Below are positions 16,821-19,949 of a DNA stretch of 19,949 bases, one piece after another (position 1 is the stretch's first letter; every line of letters starts with the position of its first letter). The notes under the pieces are model-generated. The model had not been told where the DNA came from. It made no database searches and worked only from the letters and a program-made list of their open reading frames with translations. The DNA is taken from NCBI GenBank assembly GCA_038207085.1, contig JBBRAE010000044.1:1-19949 (forward strand), in the 5' to 3' direction. This stretch comes from Armatimonadota bacterium (GTDB taxonomy: Bacteria; Armatimonadota; UBA5829; DTLH01). The translations under genes and the position numbers were made by a program.

Positions 16821-17495
16821 ATGAAGCGCGCCGTTGTTTTGCTTTCGGGTGGGCTGGATAGCGCCACCGCCGCCGCAATCGCCAAAGAACAGGGTTACGA
16901 GGTCTACGCGCTCACGTTCGACTACGGGCAGCGCCATAGGCGGGAGATAGACGCGGCGCTCACCGTCGGCCGCGCGCTTGGCGTGAAAGACCAGATAGTC
17001 GTAAACTTCGACCTGCGCAAGTGGGGCGGAAGCGCGCTCACCTCCGACATCGACATCCCGACCGACCGCAGCGTCTGCGACATGGGCGAAGATATCCCCT
17101 CGACCTACGTTCCCGCGCGCAACACGATCTTTCTATCGTTTGGCCTGGGCTACGCCGAAACGATAGAGGCCGACACGATATTCATAGGCGCAAACCAGCT
17201 CGACTACAGCGGCTACCCCGACTGCCGCGAAGAGTATCTTCGGGCGTTCGAGACGATGGCGAACCTTGCGACCAAAGCAGGCGTCGAGGGCACAATGCGC
17301 TTCAAGATCGAAGCTCCCCTGGTCAACATGACCAAAGCCGAGATCATTAGGATGGGGACGCGCCTAGGCGTCGACTACGCCCTCACCTGGAGCTGCTACC
17401 AGGGTGGCGACAAACCCTGCGGCAGGTGCGACTCCTGCAAACTCAGGCTCGCGGCGTTTGAGGCGGCGGGGATGAGCGATCCGCTGGAATATTGA
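16821..17495 (+). CDS. queC: 7-cyano-7-deazaguanine synthase
   Basis: [34 protein letters not shown]...CGRCDSC. Confidence 0.98.
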   Translation: MKRAVVLLSGGLDSATAAAIAKEQGYEVYALTFDYGQRHRREIDAALTVGRALGVKDQIVVNFDLRKWGGSALTSDIDIPTDRSVCDMGEDIPSTYVPARNTIFLSFGLGYAETIEADTIFIGANQLDYSGYPDCREEYLRAFETMANLATKAGVEGTMRFKIEAPLVNMTKAEIIRMGTRLGVDYALTWSCYQGGDKPCGRCDSCKLRLAAFEAAGMSDPLEY

Positions 17496-17549
17496 TGGGT
17501 TTGGACTCACTCTGACAGTCGTGGAAGACGAGTGGTTGTTTGGTGTGTC

Positions 17550-17777
17550 TTACAGGTTATCGTTCAACTGCTGAACTGTGACACTGGCTTGGTCGAGTAT
17601 ACTTTTGAGAGTCTTGGGGGCCATAGTTTCTCCCGAGTGCAACGGGATCGTGCAGATGGTTTTGTGGCCCTGGTGAACCAGCGTCAGGTGGCTGCCTCGC
17701 TGCCTGAATTCCGTAAGCCCAAGTCGCTTCAGGCAGGCTACAAGCTGCTTCGACGTGATTCTTGGGAGCTTAGGCAA
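17550..17777 (-). CDS. hicA: HicA-family toxin (mRNA interferase)
   Basis: (M)PKLPRITSKQLVACLKRLG..RQRGSH...TIPLH...TLKSIL.QA; probable TTG start overlapping the end of hicB. Confidence 0.9.
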   Translation of the reverse strand: MPKLPRITSKQLVACLKRLGLTEFRQRGSHLTLVHQGHKTICTIPLHSGETMAPKTLKSILDQASVTVQQLNDNL

Positions 17778-18054
17778 CTCTTCGGCACCTGGCCTCGGGT
17801 TCCACGGAGACTTTTGATACGATCGCTTCACTCAAGTCTGTGGCGTCCAATCGGACGGTCTTGCAGTCAGCGGGTGATCGTTTGCCAATATTTGCCAGTG
17901 CTTCAATGTGGCACTCTATCGCCTCTTTGGCGCGCGTCAGCGATTCGGCTATTGTCTGCCCCTGCGTGACGCACCCCTTTAGGGCGGGGACTGTTACTGT
18001 GTAGCCGAAATCTTCGTTGCGCTCAAGAACTACGGTGTAAGTCAGTGTCTTCAC
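17770..18054 (-). CDS. hicB: HicB-family antitoxin, short form
   Basis: YTVVLE...GYTVTVPALKGCVTQGQTIAESL..AKEAI; GTG start with SD ggagg. Confidence 0.92.
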   Translation of the reverse strand: MKTLTYTVVLERNEDFGYTVTVPALKGCVTQGQTIAESLTRAKEAIECHIEALANIGKRSPADCKTVRLDATDLSEAIVSKVSVEPEARCRRVA

Positions 18055-18106
18055 GTCGTGCCCTCCATTGGTATATTACCACATTTGCGGAGCCGGTCGC
18101 GGGAAA

Positions 18107-18128
18107 GGGCGGACACGTTGGCCCGCCC
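18107..18128 (-). terminator. REP-like hairpin / possible terminator after dnaN
   Basis: Minus strand gggcgg-gccaacgtgt-ccgccc followed by ttt, about 10 nt after the dnaN stop. Confidence 0.45.
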
Positions 18129-18138
18129 CTGTGAATTT

Positions 18139-19239
18139 CTATTTTATCTGCATCGGCATCAGGACGTAGGTGTAATTGTCGCTGTCCTGGGGCCTAAGAA
18201 GGGCGGGGCTTAGGGGGCCGGTTAGCTGCATTTCGATGGCTTCGGTCTCGATTACGGCTAGGAAGTCGAGCAAGTACTTGGAGCTGAAAGCCATCTCTAT
18301 GTCTTCCCCTTCGCGGGCGATGTCTACTTCCTCGTAGGCCTTGCCGACCGTTGCGCTCTCGGCGGTGATTGTTAGCTTCTGCTCGCCGGTGCGCAGAACA
18401 ATGCGGTTGGCGTCGTCGCGGGCTACGATTGCGGCGCGGCGGGCGCTCTGCTGGAGCTGGTCGGTGGGGATGATAAGCTCCTTGTCGAAGTCCTGGGGGA
18501 CTACCTTCTGGAAGTTCGGGAACTGGCCCTCGATTAGGCGCGAGATCAGAAGCGTGTCGTCGCTCTTGAACAAAATCTGGCTGTGGGAGACGCTTACGTC
18601 GACGGTGCCTTCTTCGTCCTCAACCACCCGCTGAAGCTCGGCCATCGCGCGGCCCGGGACGATCGCCTGGGTCTCTCCCTTGATCTCAGATGCGGGCGCT
18701 TCGACGATGCAGAGGCGGTGGGTGTCGGTGCTGACAAGCTTCAGGCCGTCTTCGGTGACCTGGAGCAAAACTCCCGTGAGCGACGCGCGGGACTCGTCCT
18801 GGGAGACCGCGAAACTGGTCTGGTGGATGATTCGCTTCAGCTCTGCCTTATCGATCTTGAAGGATACATCGTCTTTGACCTCGGGGAGCATCGGGAACTC
18901 CTCCGGCGGCAGGCCGAGGATCTGGTAGTCGGAGGTTCCCCACTTCACTGTCACGCGGTTGTTCTCATCGACCGATAGCGCGATCTCGGTGTCGGGCAGC
19001 GTCGAGAGCACCTCGGATATGACCTTGGCGGGCACGGTGAGCGAACCCGGAGTCTCGACTTTGGCGCGCACGATGCACTCGACGCCGATTTCAAGGTCGG
19101 TCGCGGCAAGCGTGATGCGCTCGTTCTGGGTGCGGATCAAAATATGCCCCAGAATCGGGAGCGATGAACGAGAGCTGACCGCGCGGCCCGCGGTCTGTAT
19201 TCCCTCGAATAATTCCTTGCGTGAGCAGTTGATTTTCAT
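18139..19239 (-). CDS. dnaN: DNA polymerase III beta sliding clamp
   Basis: LPILG.ILI, ATDLEIG, SRASLTGV, STDTHRL, SRLIEGQFPNF, YVLMPM. Confidence 0.98.
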   Translation of the reverse strand: MKINCSRKELFEGIQTAGRAVSSRSSLPILGHILIRTQNERITLAATDLEIGVECIVRAKVETPGSLTVPAKVISEVLSTLPDTEIALSVDENNRVTVKWGTSDYQILGLPPEEFPMLPEVKDDVSFKIDKAELKRIIHQTSFAVSQDESRASLTGVLLQVTEDGLKLVSTDTHRLCIVEAPASEIKGETQAIVPGRAMAELQRVVEDEEGTVDVSVSHSQILFKSDDTLLISRLIEGQFPNFQKVVPQDFDKELIIPTDQLQQSARRAAIVARDDANRIVLRTGEQKLTITAESATVGKAYEEVDIAREGEDIEMAFSSKYLLDFLAVIETEAIEMQLTGPLSPALLRPQDSDNYTYVLMPMQIK

Positions 19240-19277
19240 TAGGACGGCCTCCGTACTATTGTCTTGCTAGACGTTAC

Positions 19278-19306
19278 AGTATAGCATGCGGACATAGCCA
19301 CGGCAA
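19278..19306 (-). promoter_or_regulatory. sigma70 promoter of dnaN
   Basis: TTGCCG-N17-TATACT with a TG extension; SD ggagg before the ATG. Confidence 0.7.
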
Positions 19307-19317
19307 GCTTTCGGGGG

Positions 19318-19349
19318 AGCTGTTAGCTGTTAGCATTTAGCTGTTAGCT
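19318..19349. repeat. Heptamer tandem repeat (AGCTGTT, about 4.5 units)
   Basis: agctgtt-agctgtt-agcattt-agctgtt-agct; a related agctaat/ggctaa run lies at 3347-3365. Confidence 0.75.
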
Positions 19350-19387
19350 TGCGGCTGTGGCGGTTCGAATTGGGTTCGTTCTTACGC

Positions 19388-19546
19388 TCACGAAAGCTTG
19401 TTTTGAGTTCGTTCTTCGAGCCTCATAGCGGCCTCGGGGGACTTGGCGTTTAGTCCGTGCTTTAGCGCGTTTAGTGAGCTTCTTCGCTTGCCCTCCGGTG
19501 TCTTTGGCCCGCCTGCCCCGGCTCTTGGCGATGTGCTGTCTGTCAT
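19388..19546 (-). pseudogene. 52-aa ORF with a GPKTPEGK...NALKHGL motif, probably an internally deleted gene; not in the ORF track
   Basis: MTDSTSPRAGAGGPKTPEGKRRSSLNALKHGLNAKSPEAAMRLEERTQNKLS; repeated aagaacgaac (KNEL/KNEPN) at the 3' end. Confidence 0.6.
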
Positions 19547-19677
19547 GTGTGGCCTGCTCTTGGTTGTTGTATATTTATAATATACAACGTAGGGTCGAAA
19601 ATCAAGGTTGGAGATGAGAAAGTTTTGGGGTATATATGCGAACAGGCGTTTGGCGGTCGCTCATTCTTCGTGCTTCT

Positions 19678-19949
19678 AGAAGCCTGTCCGAGTATCACGC
19701 AGTGATCGACTAATTGATGATCGAGTTGAGCGATATTACAGGCCGAGTTAGTATATTCTGTGATCCGGCAGGTATTGACCGGATGTCAGGCGACTGTTTC
19801 TATGCCGCCGCGGTCATTATTTCCATATTCTGCATGCCGGTTGCGCATTGTAGCCCTGGATGAACGATTTGTCACCTGCGAGCATGATCCGCGACTCGGG
19901 GTCCGTGAAGTTCTTCTGCGCCTTGTCCTCTGGAACGCCCGATGGCTTC
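19678..19949 (-). mobile_element. IS1182-family remnant: truncated transposase plus right end; runs off the window
   Basis: Frame 19948-19817 reads KPSGVPEDKAQKNFTDPESRIMLAGDKSFIQGYNAQ and then degenerates to a stop; terminal-repeat-like tactcggacaggcttctag at 19698-19677. Confidence 0.8.

Overview
Bacterial chromosomal window of mostly housekeeping genes with small accessory elements between them. Armatimonadota-like origin is an inference from the PEP-CTERM protein and secreted beta-rich protein. Core genes are rluD, nth, mreBCD, queC and dnaN. Other coding content: a LacI - aldo/keto reductase - Zn-dehydrogenase sugar operon with a clear promoter and tandem operators, a PEP-CTERM FGE-sulfatase-fold protein, DUF2993 and PLD-nuclease lipoproteins, and a hicBA toxin-antitoxin pair. 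Features missing from the ORF track: (i) a 216-nt rod-like structured RNA at 157-372 (minus strand, 6S-like); (ii) a frameshifted REP-associated tyrosine transposase (RAYT) between inverted 48-49-bp GTTG-hairpin repeats, with a diverged second copy of its 3' end 1.5 kb away; (iii) a recurrent AAATGGC/GCCATTT hairpin directly 5' of the Shine-Dalgarno of two unrelated genes; (iv) four small ORFs (Cys-rich DUF6485-like, lmo0937-like, ASCH remnant, GPKTPEGK-motif remnant); (v) an IS1182-type remnant at the right edge, a similar IS end at the left edge, and many REP-like palindromes. No complete new multi-gene system could be demonstrated from sequence alone.
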